A stretch of DNA of 64,000 nucleotides from Octopus vulgaris (taxonomy: Eukaryota), in NCBI GenBank assembly GCA_951406725.2, contig OX597818.1, positions 101,556,001 to 101,620,000 on the forward strand, read 5' to 3'. Positions within the stretch are counted from its first letter, which is position 1. Every line of letters begins with the position of its first letter. The notes beneath the pieces are model-generated. The model made no database searches. It had not been told where the DNA came from and saw only the letters and a program-made list of their open reading frames with translations. Position numbers and translations under genes: made by a program. Shown piece by piece: positions 14,435 to 26,740 of this stretch.

Positions 14435-14485
14435 AGCTTCTACAGGACTAGAACTGTTTCATTCAAATGAAATCATCAGGAAGCT
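14435..14485 (-). ncRNA. Type I hammerhead ribozyme motif (left IR copy)
   Basis: Reverse complement is identical to 16601-16651. Confidence 0.65.
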
Positions 14486-14619
14486 TGGCGTCAAGAATAG
14501 TTTTGGCATTTATACATTTAGGCAGATTTGATGGGGTGGTGGTGGGGGACCCCACCCACAAAAACCCCACCCACCCCCACCTTTCCTTCAGCACCCCCAA
14601 TTACCTTCTCTCCTACGAC

Positions 14620-15524
14620 TATTCACATATATATGGATGTTTGCATATGTGTGTGTGTGCGTACATATATGTATACGAGTGCATATACGTATTTGTATGT
14701 GAGCGCATGTGCAACAGTGTATGTACATGTGTATGTGAAGGCGTGTATACGTGTGTATGTGTATATGTGTACATGGCTTTATATATGTATATATATATAT
14801 ATATGTATACATGTATATGTAAGTATGTGTGTATATATGTGTTTGTATGTATATCTGTGTATGTGTATGTGAATGTATATGTACATGTATGCATATATAT
14901 GTATATATGTATTTATAGATATATGTGTGTGTGTGTATGTATATGTACTAGTGTATGCGTGTGTGTGTGTGTACACGGATATATATTCATGTGTAGGTAT
15001 ATGCATGTGTATATGTTAATGGGTGTGTATATGTACACATGTATATATGTGTGTATACATGTAGATATGAGTGTACGTATGTGGATACGAATACACGTAT
15101 GTATATGTGTATGTGTATTTACATATGTATGGGTATATACATATATATATAGATGTAAATTCGGATATGAATATGAATATGAATTTTGATATGGATATAT
15201 ATATGTATGTGCTTATGTGCGGGGATCTATGTGTTTTTATGTATGTATGTATACGTATATGGGTGTATATATATATACGCTTGTATGATTTGTGTATGTG
15301 TATATGTATGTATGCTTGTATGTATTTACGTATATATAGGTGCGCATGTGTGTGTGTATATGTATGCATGTGTATATACATATGTATATATTTATGTATG
15401 TATAAGTGTGCATATGCCTGTATACATGTGGGAGGGTGTATGTATGTATTTGTGTGTGTATGTATGTGTGTATATATATATGTATGTGTATGTATGTATA
15501 TATATATATGTATATATATATATG

Positions 15525-15556
<32 letters not shown>

Positions 15557-15822
15557 TATGTATATGTGTGTGTATGCGTATATATATGTATAGGTGTGTG
15601 TAGGTATGTATGTGTATGTGTATATGTATGAGTGTATATGTATGGACTTGTAGGTTTCTTTATATATGTAGATGCATATGTGTGCGTGTAGGTGCGTAGA
15701 TATGCGTATGTGTATGTGTTTATATATATGTATGTATATGCATGGATACATATAGATGCATGTGTATGTATATGTAGGTATATACGTATGTGTATGCGTG
15801 TATGTGTGTATGTATGTATATG

Positions 15823-15873
<51 letters not shown>

Positions 15874-16410
15874 ATATATATGTGTATATAGAAGGACTTG
15901 TAGATCTCTGTATGTGTATATATGTATGTATGTGTATGTGTGTAGATATGTATTTGTATGTACGTGAACGCATGTGTATGTACGTGCATGTATGTGGATA
16001 TATGTATGTGTGTAGGTATGTATTTGTAGGTATGCTTTTATGTACACGTGTATGCGCGCATGTGTGCATATATGTATTTATAAGCATATGCGTGTACATA
16101 TGAGGGCAGATGCTCATGTGTGTTTGTATATATGTGCATGTATGCGTGTGTGTGTGTGTGTATGTGTGTATATATGCATGTGTATATGTATATGTATATG
16201 TATGTGTGTGTGTGTGTGTATGGGTGTGTATATTCCTTTTTTATATATATATGTGTAGATATATATATATATGTGCGTATGTATATAAATGTGTGTGTAT
16301 GAGTATGTGTATGTGTATGTGTGTGTATGTGTATACGTATGTATATGTGTATACATATGTGTATGTATATGTATACATATGTATATAAATATATGTATAT
16401 ATATATAAGC
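14620..16410. repeat. ~1.8-kb compound degenerate (TA/TG/TATG) microsatellite
   Basis: Alternating purine-pyrimidine low-complexity tract; the source of many spurious ORFs. Confidence 0.95.
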
Positions 16411-16600
16411 AATAGTCTTCCTATTTACCTAAAACTCTCTTCTATTATTCTATTTATTCATTTATCTACTTTATCACTGATTCTTTTGACCACTACCCTA
16501 AGAAAGACAGTTTGTGCCCTGCCTACCCCAAAAAAGTCCCCCACCACCACCCCATCAAATCTGCCTAAATGTATAAATGCCAAAACTATTCTTGACGCCA

Positions 16601-16651
16601 AGCTTCCTGATGATTTCATTTGAATGAAACAGTTCTAGTCCTGTAGAAGCT
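16601..16651 (+). ncRNA. Type I hammerhead ribozyme motif (right IR copy)
   Basis: AGCTTC-CTGATGA-tTTCatttGAAt-GAAA-CAG-ttctagtc-CTG-TA-GAAGCT. Stem I is 6 bp, the CUGAUGA/GAAA core is intact, stem III is ACAG/CUGU and the triplet is GUA (predicted cut after 16645). Stem II is weak, with U-U at its base. Confidence 0.65.
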
Positions 16652-16743
16652 CCTTCTATAAAATAAATTAATTTACTCTGCATGTATTGAGTGGTTAACC
16701 CCGACTCAACCCGGGTCCTACATATATATATATATATATATAC

Positions 16744-16802
<59 letters not shown>

Positions 16803-16917
16803 TAGAAGGTTTGGAGATGATGTACATGTATGTACATATTTGATGTATAAAAACATGTAATATACAAATAAATATCTGTGAATATAAAACCATCCGAATT
16901 TCTGAATTCCTCATTTC

Positions 16918-16957
<40 letters not shown>

Positions 16958-17850
16958 CAGAAAGAATATATAACCATTTTACCGCTGATTACGAAAGGTA
17001 AGTAATGTAGCTACTTCGTGTAAAAGATCCTTTTGAATTATCTTATCCATGCAGGCAAGAAGACCAAAAAGCTGATAGATACTCAGAATATATATTTAAG
17101 AAGACCCTACTTTGTGTTATAATGTATATCCGACAGTGAGCCTTCCAGCTAATTACACAATATACATATTAATACAAAAGACAAGTTTGATGTTTGATTA
17201 AATGTACATAAAAATTAGATCAATTTTGATTTTATTTTCCAAAATTATTCATGTTGTACAAATATTAACGTTCGTTCATGCAAAACTGGAATGACACAGA
17301 ATATGTGCCTTGACTAAACAATTGTAAAGGAATGTACATTTTTATTAGGACCTTGAAGTTCAAAATCATAAAAAAAATTTTTTAACGATTAGCATTTCCT
17401 CCACTTTTTTTCTTATCTTTTCTATCCTAATTCCCCAAATTGATGCCTATAATAGTTTCTTTGTGACAAAATGTTTATTAGCTAATATGTTGATAGATAT
17501 ACAATAAAAAGGAAAAAGAAAAAAGAAAATAAAAATCATTTGTAATGAAATTTCCAAGGATTGTTAACATCAAATTAAAAAGAAACTTCTCTTTTTCTCG
17601 CTCTCTCTCTCTCTCTCTTTCTTTCTCTATTTATATATCCTTTCTCCATCCTTTATTATTTCTTTCCTCTTTGATGATTGTCATGAGGCCCCTCTCTCTG
17701 TCTATTCCCCACTCTGCCTATTTCCGCTCTCTTCCTCTCCTTTTCTCCAAAAAGAGAAAAATATTTTACTCCACTTTTAAACAAAGTCAAAAAGCATCCG
17801 ACTCATATAAATGCACAACGACACTTTCTGGTTTTAACGTTTTTATTTTG

Positions 17851-17895
17851 ATTTTGTCGTGACGAGTTCGGTAAACGAACGAAAGTCCTAATAAT
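17851..17895 (+). ncRNA. Degenerate hammerhead-like motif
   Basis: gTGACGA-GTTCG gtaaa CGAAC-GAAA-GTC: perfect 5-bp stem II with a G-C base. The first core C is changed, C15.2 is absent and stem I is poor. Confidence 0.35.
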
Positions 17896-18044
17896 ATTCC
17901 GACTGCTTCCAATTTCTCAACATTCTGTATCTCAACGCACACACACACACACAGACAGATACACACACACAAACTCACACACAAACACAGGTACACGCTC
18001 AAACACACGCACATACACACATACATACTTATATATAAATATTG

Positions 18045-18228
18045 TGGCTCTGTGTTAGTGCTTATATGCCCACCACCGCTTGATAACTGGTGTTATTGTG
18101 TTTACGTTCACGTAACCTAGCGTTTCGCTATAAGAGGCCAAGAAAGAAATTGGTATCGATCAGTTTGATAAAAATTATTCAAGCCTGTGTCCAGCGTTGT
18201 TGCAGTCTGATGACTGAAAATGTTAAAA
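18045..18228 (+). mobile_element. SINE family A, 3' part, diverged
   Basis: caccaccgcttgataactggtgttattgtgtttacgttcacgtaacctagcgtttcg...tccagcgttgttgcagtctgatgactgaaa parallels 50690-50855. Confidence 0.6.
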
Positions 18229-18274
18229 TAACCACTAAAATATGGGAGTGCCAGAGGAACAGACAGAATTTTGC

Positions 18275-18294
18275 TTGTATATGTGTTTGTTTAC

Positions 18295-18344
<50 letters not shown>

Positions 18345-18364
18345 GTAAACAAACACATATACAA
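18275..18364. repeat. Perfect 90-bp palindrome centred on (AT)19
   Basis: ttgtatatgtgtttgtttacgtgtgc-(AT)19-gcacacgtaaacaaacacatatacaa; the 26-bp flanks are exact reverse complements. Confidence 0.95.
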
Positions 18365-18435
18365 ATTTGTGATATGAGTATGTGTATGCACGTAAGTGTA
18401 TATATTTGTGTGTGTATATATATATATATATATAC

Positions 18436-18526
<91 letters not shown>

Positions 18527-19298
18527 AATGTAAAAAAATACAAGCTGGGACAAGAACGCAAAACATTTAGAAGACGATACGAAAAACACGGACGGGACTT
18601 TCAATCTTCAGTCAAGAACCGGATCATCTTCGCATAAATACAAGTTAATATTTACTCGACATGTTTAGATATATAAAACAATAATTTCCGTAAGCATGTT
18701 TCAAAACTATATATGTAGATCGAATGCATTAAAACAATAAGGAAAATTATATATTAAATATAAAATGAAAATCATAGTTTACGTACATATGAGAAACGGA
18801 GAGAATGAGCAGGAAAAGTATATTTCGCATAGTAATTTTTACTTCTCGTTTTTCTGTTATTCAAATTTTAAATATCAAATTTTTCAAATCACATTTCTTC
18901 ATGAAATTACAATCCGTGTCAATGTGGAACAGAAAGACATATGGGTATTTATTAATAGGAAACAGCTCAAATATAATTCATGTGATATACATAAAATGAC
19001 TAATAGTCGTTCTGCTTGACCTGAATGATATTGCACTTACACACACAAACGCACACATACATCCGTGTGCACAGAGAAAAAACATGTACAAGTGACTAGA
19101 GGAAAGTAGGAGTACATAGCTACTTGCAATGTATATCTGGTGTCTATTTCATCGACAGCCAGTTAGAGGAGTTTTCCTCTTTGGGCTAAATAGGCTGAAG
19201 GTAATTCGTACGGAACAGCGAAGGTGAAGTGGTGACAAGCATTACTTCGGTATACACACACACACAGGTACACACACACACACATACACACACACACA

Positions 19299-19353
<55 letters not shown>

Positions 19354-19482
19354 TTTTTTTTTTTTATATATTTATACATAATGAGGATGAGAAATTGTAT
19401 ATTAATTTAATTAACATCAATTTAAAACCAGTGGCCTACATATAGAAAAATCTGAAAACTCAGAAAAATTTTATTACATGCG

Positions 19483-19666
19483 TATAAGAAGGGATGGCCA
19501 CTAAGTGGACATCTAATATGCTAGTAATAGTTCACCTACGATCTGACCAGAAAGAAAAGAGAAAGTTCTCTAGAAAAATTCAGCAAATAGCAGGTAAGAC
19601 AAATGAAAATATACAAAATAAAGAATTCATCGTAGAAGGGTTTCGTCCACTTAGTGGTCACCCCTT

Positions 19667-19672
<6 letters not shown>
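19483..19672. repeat. 28-bp inverted repeat with 134-bp spacer
   Basis: tataagaagggatggccactaagtggac (19483-19510) versus gtccacttagtggtcaccccttcttata (19645-19672), 26/28 match. Confidence 0.85.
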
Positions 19673-19710
<38 letters not shown>

Positions 19711-19713
<3 letters not shown>

Positions 19714-19870
19714 TGTGAAATATTCACGGATCCCTTTAATTTATATGAATATAAGTGTAAAACCATATATCAATATTAACATATATATAACAGTATCAAT
19801 ATTAATATTTATATATGGTTTCAAACTTATATTGTAATACGCTAGCAGGACCCGTGAATATTTCACAGTA
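19711..19870. repeat. 23-bp inverted repeat with 114-bp spacer (MITE-like)
   Basis: tgctgtgaaatattcacggatcc (19711-19733) versus ggacccgtgaatatttcacagta (19848-19870), 21/23 match. Confidence 0.75.
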
Positions 19871-20814
19871 TGAACCGATTGTGTTGTCCCTAAAAGCCTG
19901 AAATGTAGTCTGTGTTGTGTCTGTATCAAAGATCTGATATTCATTGAAAACTGAAGTAATTTGGAATACAAGGCTATGGGTCAGAGTCAATAGGCAATTC
20001 TATTTGCCATATACCTTTCAATCTAATACTTCTTTGGAGAGTATGCACTTCGTGTAAGTTCTCCCTTTTCTTTTCCCACGATTATCACTGATCAGATAAT
20101 TTACGAATCTGTCGCTGACTAGATAATTTACGAATCTTTCAGAGTACAACATATAGCTAACTATGGTCAAATAGAGTTTCAGGCAAATGTTTTCTCTACT
20201 GTTTATTAGTAGTCATTGTATATGACAGGCGAACCGGAAAATTGTTTCTTTTTGAAGTTAATGTCAAGTATGGGATGCGCATGCGTTAAGTGATATGAAA
20301 ATAAAACTTTAAGTTAAAGTAAAAATTTCTTTTCATTATGCACTCACTGTCGCCGCCTGCACCACCACCACCACCATCCCACCACCACCATCAACATATC
20401 CCTCACACTCTTTCTGCCATTCTTCCTTCTTTCTTTCTCTGTCTCTCCTCTCTCTGTCTCTCTTTTTCTCTGTCTCTCTCCCCACACTTTCTGCCTTTCT
20501 TTAATCCCAACATTATAACATCACCCCATAGTTAAAGTATATTTTTAACACTCCTCCTCTAGCTTCAACTAACATTTTTTTAATCACGTAATACACATTA
20601 CATTCCTCCTAAAATATGTCATGGACGCTTCTTCCTCCGTCTTTTTTCTCTCTCTCTCTTTTCCTTTCTCTCTCTTTCTGCCTCACTCTTCGCATTCGTC
20701 TCTTTTTCTCTTTCCCTCTTTTCTTTCTGGCACTTTTTCTCTTATCACGTTAAATCGTAAACAACGGGTAAGAAACGTCGCGAAAAGAAATATAGAAATA
20801 TTTGTCTTTATATA

Positions 20815-21135
20815 TATCAGGTCCTTCCATAAGTTCTGTCCGATTATAGCTTCTTTTTTTTTTAAATTGAATGAAATTTAGCAGTATATTAGAATGTCGA
20901 ATGCAATTAAAATGTACTTTTATGGATTTGTGTACATTTCAAGTAATTAAATAATATTTTACAGAATAATAGAATTAAGATATCTTTCATTAAAACCCTT
21001 TCTAACATGGCAGAATCCAAAGAGCATTTAAGGCACATAACGCTTTATGAGTACAAACATGGAAACTCTGCATCCGAGGCAACACGAAACATACACTCAG
21101 TTTAAGGGAACTAATGCTTGAATAAAAGAACAATG
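20815..21135 (+). mobile_element. Mariner 5' end with TIR and start of transposase
   Basis: TIR-like TATCAGGTCCTTCCATAAGTTCTGTCCG. ATG at 21007 reads MAESKEHLRHITLYEYKHGNSASEATRNIHSV*G, a mariner N-terminal HTH; truncated after that. Confidence 0.8.
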
Positions 21136-21197
21136 TGTGCTTTTGTATATGTATATGTATATATATATATATACTTAGATTGATAGATAAATTTAAA

Positions 21198-21315
21198 GCA
21201 CACAAACATACGCACATATATACATACATGCATATGTATACTTACCAATTGAAAAATGTTCAAGCTAGCCTAATTTTTTTACACGTATAACATATACAAA
21301 TACATGGATAGATAC

Positions 21316-21402
<87 letters not shown>

Positions 21403-21614
21403 TTCATATATTTACATATGGATGTTTTATATCCAGTCGAAATATGCATATGCTCACACGCACAAATGCAAATGTGAATGAAGAGCTAATAATCAGGTCA
21501 GCGTTACTAAATAATTCTATATTTCAGCGTCAAGATATATTTAGGTCGGGTAATTCTAACTAATAATTGAAAAGATAGTAACATTATACTCATGCACAGG
21601 TATATCCGGGTATA
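21198..21614 (+). repeat. Direct repeat copy 1 (second copy at 24021-24370)
   Basis: Shared blocks include ccagtcgaaatatgcatatg, cacgcacaaatgcaaat, taataatcaggtcag, atttcagcgt, gatatatttagg.cgggtaatt and caggtatatccgggtata. Copy 1 has an expanded (GATA)n at ~21317-21400. Confidence 0.85.
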
Positions 21615-22118
21615 CCACCTGTGTCCTAGCGTGTAGAAAAATTAGTCAATAGACGATATATTATTCATATAAATACAGTGTACATTTAAGCATATAAGAG
21701 GTATCCGTCATAGGATTCCTTTCACGCTAGAAGGAACAGGTAAAGTTCAAACCACAATTATGGATGAAAACTCGAAGGGATTGAAAAATGAAAACACTTC
21801 AAAAAATTTTATTTTATTTGCTAAAAAAGTCAGAAACGTGATCGTGAGTGAACGTGTATATGTGTATGTGTATCTGTGTGTCTGTGTAAGCGGGTATATG
21901 TGTGTGTGTACATGTCTATTGGTACGTATGTGTGTGTATTTGTGTGTGAGAGCATCATAGCATTTTAGCATCATAATTTTGAAATATCTATAAAGCCATC
22001 AAACGCTTATTTTTATTTTCTATGTTTATTAGTTATTAGTGTTTCTTAATGTGTTTTGCTAAAATAGCTGTTTCGTTTCAGATATCATCAAAGAAAAAGG
22101 TAATTAAAATTCATTAAA

Positions 22119-22975
22119 ATGACAGATCTATCGGACTTTCAAATACGTCAAACTGCCGGTGCTTGTGTGGCAGGCGCTAGCGTTACGAAAACAGCCGAAA
22201 TATTTGGTGCATCAAGGAGTACTGTCTCGAAAGTAATGTCACTCTTTGAGAGAGAGGGTAAAACTCCTCGTCGAAGCAGAACTGCGGAAGAAAACCGAAA
22301 CTTTCAGAAAGGGACTATTAGATTCTTACGCGAATTGTTAGAAAGGATAACAAAACTACAGCTCCCAAAATTACTGCAGAGATTAAAGACCATCTCGAGA
22401 ACCCAGATTACACAAAGACCGTCCACCGGGAGATGCACAAAGCCAGATTTCGCAGGAGTGTTGCAATCAGAAACTAATACTTTTAAATACAAACGTTGCA
22501 AAGCGTTTAGACGGGATTGAAAACCTACAGAATTGGTCCGTAGAGCAGTGGAAGAATGTTATTTTCTCGGACGAGGCAGTCTTCGCCTTGTTTCCGACCA
22601 CCTGGAGATTGTCAAAAGAAGAATTTGATCCAGACTGCCTTCTTACAACTATTAAACATACAGGAGAATCTATGATGATCTGGGGGGGGCTATATCTTGG
22701 AAATCCGCCGGCCCAATGGTTTCTCTTCATGGCAGAATTAATAGTCAATATTATTTAAGCATGCTATTTGATCAAATTTACCCTATGTTTGCGGAACTGT
22801 TTCCGGAAGGAAACGTAACGTTTCAGGATGATAATGCACCACCTCACACAGCTATAGTTGTTACTGAATGGCACCAGGAACATTCTGGTGAAGTTGAACA
22901 TCTTCTCTGTCCACCACAGTCCCCAAATCTCAATATTATTAAACTCCTCTGGTAAATTTTAGAAAAACAAGCTTG
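22119..22975 (+). mobile_element. Tc1-like transposase pseudogene (DD34E type)
   Basis: MTDLSDFQIRQTAGACVAGASVTKTAEIFGASRSTVSKVM (HTH); WKNVIFSDEA; FQDDNAPPHTA; CPPQSPNLNIIKLLW. Frameshifted and truncated at a microsatellite. Confidence 0.9.
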
Positions 22976-23038
22976 TCTGGATTCACTATATACATATATA
23001 TATATACATACACACACACGCACACACACACACACACT

Positions 23039-24370
<1,332 letters not shown>

Positions 24371-24508
24371 TTAAAGGAGAGAGAGAGAGAGAGGCGAATG
24401 TAGGTTGGAGCGATTGTAGGTGCGTTGTGCAGCGAGGCGTGTATTACTTTTTGTGTGCTCGTAGGTGCATATATGTGTGGCGTTCGTGCTTTGTGTACCT
24501 AAGTAGGG

Positions 24509-24562
<54 letters not shown>

Positions 24563-24563
24563 C

Positions 24564-24811
24564 GTATAGGAAAGAATGGAGCTGAACGAAGATTTAACAA
24601 AATTCCTGTATTTTATTTTCGACATATGTTTCGAAGTCTGCAAATCCTAATTCCGAATGAATAAGGAGTCCATTATGCAGCTGAAGAGAAAGATGCATAA
24701 TGGACTCCTTATTCATTCGGAATTGGGGACTTTGCAGACTTCGAAACATATGTCGAAAATAAAATAAAGGAATTTTGTTAAATCTTCGTTCAGCTCCATT
24801 CTTTCCTATAC
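24564..24811. repeat. Near-perfect fold-back (arms 24564-24679 and 24694-24811, 14-nt loop)
   Basis: gtataggaaagaatggagctgaacgaagatttaacaaaattcc...cattatgca / tgcataatg...ggaattttgttaaatcttcgttcagctccattctttcctatac. Only a few mismatches or indels; the loop is gctgaagagaaaga. Confidence 0.95.
24681..24760 (+). ncRNA. Hammerhead core with palindromic minimal stem III; stem I 5' strand lost
   Basis: CTGAAGA-GAAagaTGCA...TGCAgacTTC-GAAAC-ATAT-GTC-gaaaat. Core intact, G-C at the base of stem II, GUC triplet, ACATATGT palindrome as in minimal PLE hammerheads. Confidence 0.6.
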
Positions 24812-24960
24812 TTAATATATCAAACTTCAAATTTCCGCACTAAGGCACGGATTTTATGCCCTTTGGTCGTAACTTCAACCGTGCTTTTTCTGTTGTGAGT
24901 TTGCTACCCAGATATCGGTTATCTTTCGAATTATCCGTAATAAGATAATTCATTTGTCTA

Positions 24961-25005
<45 letters not shown>

Positions 25006-25010
25006 CACAC

Positions 25011-25070
25011 ACAGAACCTGGAGCCTTGTGGATGGGAAGCCAGCTTCTTACCACACAGTCAATGCTGCAC
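25011..25070 (-). mobile_element. SINE family A head fragment
   Basis: Reverse complement tgactgtgtggtaagaagctggcttcccatccacaaggctccaggttc parallels 50420-50467. Confidence 0.55.
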
Positions 25071-25849
25071 GTACCGCAGTTACATGCGTCTGTTTAATAT
25101 GTATGGGTTGGGCTCATGCTCTGTGTATTGTGTGCGTGCGATGGAGAGAAACCGAAGAATAAAACATGCAAATAGAACTAAAAATGAAAAATGCATTTAA
25201 AACAAATACAAAAAACTTAACCGTGAATATATAAAACAAACATTGAAACGATAAATTATTAGTTGGAAAATGAATAAAACAAAACAATATAATAAATAAT
25301 ATAAAGAAATAAATGAAACAAATGAAAAATATATATAGAAATAATACAATAAAATAAAATATTTTTATATGGTGTATGAAGGATGACACTGGAAGGAGGC
25401 GTTTGAGTCCGAAAGGTGTTTAAGTTCGTAGGGCAACAATGTAGCGATGTGCTATGCCAAGTCGGGTGTTGGTGTATATCATGTGTTACAATTTCACTTA
25501 CTTTGGAATTACCATACTGACAACCTGTAATTATATCTCTATACAGCTATATTTTAACGTAGCACGTCAGAAGATTCCTCGGAGTGATATCGGTTAGTGA
25601 GTGACAAGAACATGGTTAAGTAATTTTCTTCAATATTGATTTCATATTTTGGCACAAGACAAGTAATTTTGGCGAATTCATATTTTATGTTATATAACAG
25701 GTTACCTCTGCACAGCTGTGCAGAAAGTATTTCTGACTAATTATTTGTAAAATATATGTTACGTGCTGAAATAATTTCGTTTTGAAATTTTTGAAAACGT
25801 TTCTTACTAACTTATAGATAAGAGAAAACGATATTTCGTTCCACGACTG

Positions 25850-26740
25850 CTAGAAACAATTAACGTACTTGACCCTGATAGAAAGGATCACAAAAGTACA
25901 GCTCCCAAAATTACTGCACAGCTTAAAGACGACCTCCAGGAACCAGTTTCCGCAGAAACTATTTGCCAGGAGCTGGACTAAGCCAGGTTTAACCTGAAGT
26001 CTGCTATTAACATCTACTTTCAAATACAAACGTTGCAAAGCGTTTAGAGTGGATGGAAAACCTACAGAATTGGTCTGTAGAGCAGAGGAAGAATGCTATA
26101 TTCTTGGACGAGTCATCCTGTACTTTATTTCCAACCACCGACCGAGTATACGTTTGGAGGCATCCAAAAGAAGCATTTGAACCAGACTGCCTTCTATCTA
26201 CTGTTAAACCTAGAGAAGATTCTGTAATGATCTGGGGGCGGGTGCTATATCTTGGGAATCCGCCGGCTCAATGCTTTCCCTTCATGGCAAAATTAATAGT
26301 CCAGCCTACTTAAGCATGATATTTGAGCAAATTCATCCTATGATTTCGGAACTGTTACCGGAGTGAAGCGCAATCTTTCAGGATGATAATGCACCAATTC
26401 ACTACAATTGCTACTGAATGGCACAAGGAACATTCTAGTCAAGTTGAAAATCTTATCTGGCCACCTCAGTCCACTGATCTCAATATTATTGAACATTTAT
26501 GGTACATTTCAGAAAAATAAGTAAAGATTCGATATCCTCCACCACCATCACTGCAAGAACTGGAGACTGTTTTTGCTGAAGAATGGATGAAAATTTCTTT
26601 GAAAACAATTCAATCTTTGAATGAGTCCCTACCTCGTAGAATTCAAGCTATAATTATTGCCAAAGACAGTCCTATCCCATATTAAAATAAAATGTGCTTG
26701 AAATTTTAAGATGTTTCCATTGTTTTATCCAACACCTGTA
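25850..26740 (+). mobile_element. Tc1-like transposon 3' two-thirds with right TIR (same family as 22119-22975)
   Basis: NWSVEQRKNAIFLDESS...VWRHPKEAFEPDCLLSTVK, FQDDNAPIH, WPPQSTDLNIIEHLW. Ends gtttccattgttttatccaacacctgta (CAGGTGTTGG-type TIR plus TA). The DNA is homologous to 22330-22970. Confidence 0.9.

Larger units (their letters stand above)
14432..16722. mobile_element. Non-coding element bounded by a perfect 119-bp inverted repeat carrying hammerhead motifs (putative non-autonomous Penelope-like/retrozyme-like element)
   Basis: 14432-14550 is the exact reverse complement of 16536-16654. The right copy lies within longer unique sequence (~16410-16722). The interior is compound microsatellite and both sides have (TA)n. 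Confidence 0.7.

Noticed and set aside
14467-16412. Long ORFs of 240-343 aa (e.g. 14467-15189, 15016-16047)
   Set aside because: Translations of TA/TG microsatellite (Y/I/C/V/H/T runs), open only because the repeat lacks stops.
18570-18625. Minus-strand CTGAAGA-tt-GAAA-gtcccgtc
   Set aside because: No stem II or stem I; at best a deleted remnant.
20094-20137. Short direct duplications (agataatttacgaatct twice; others at ~8831, ~9562, ~47718) as CRISPR-like repeats
   Set aside because: Only two units each, no spacer array, eukaryotic context; ordinary slippage duplications.
20230-20290. ETS-like CCGGAA and NRF1-like TGCGCATGCG motifs suggesting a promoter
   Set aside because: Isolated short motifs with no associated gene or transcription-start evidence.
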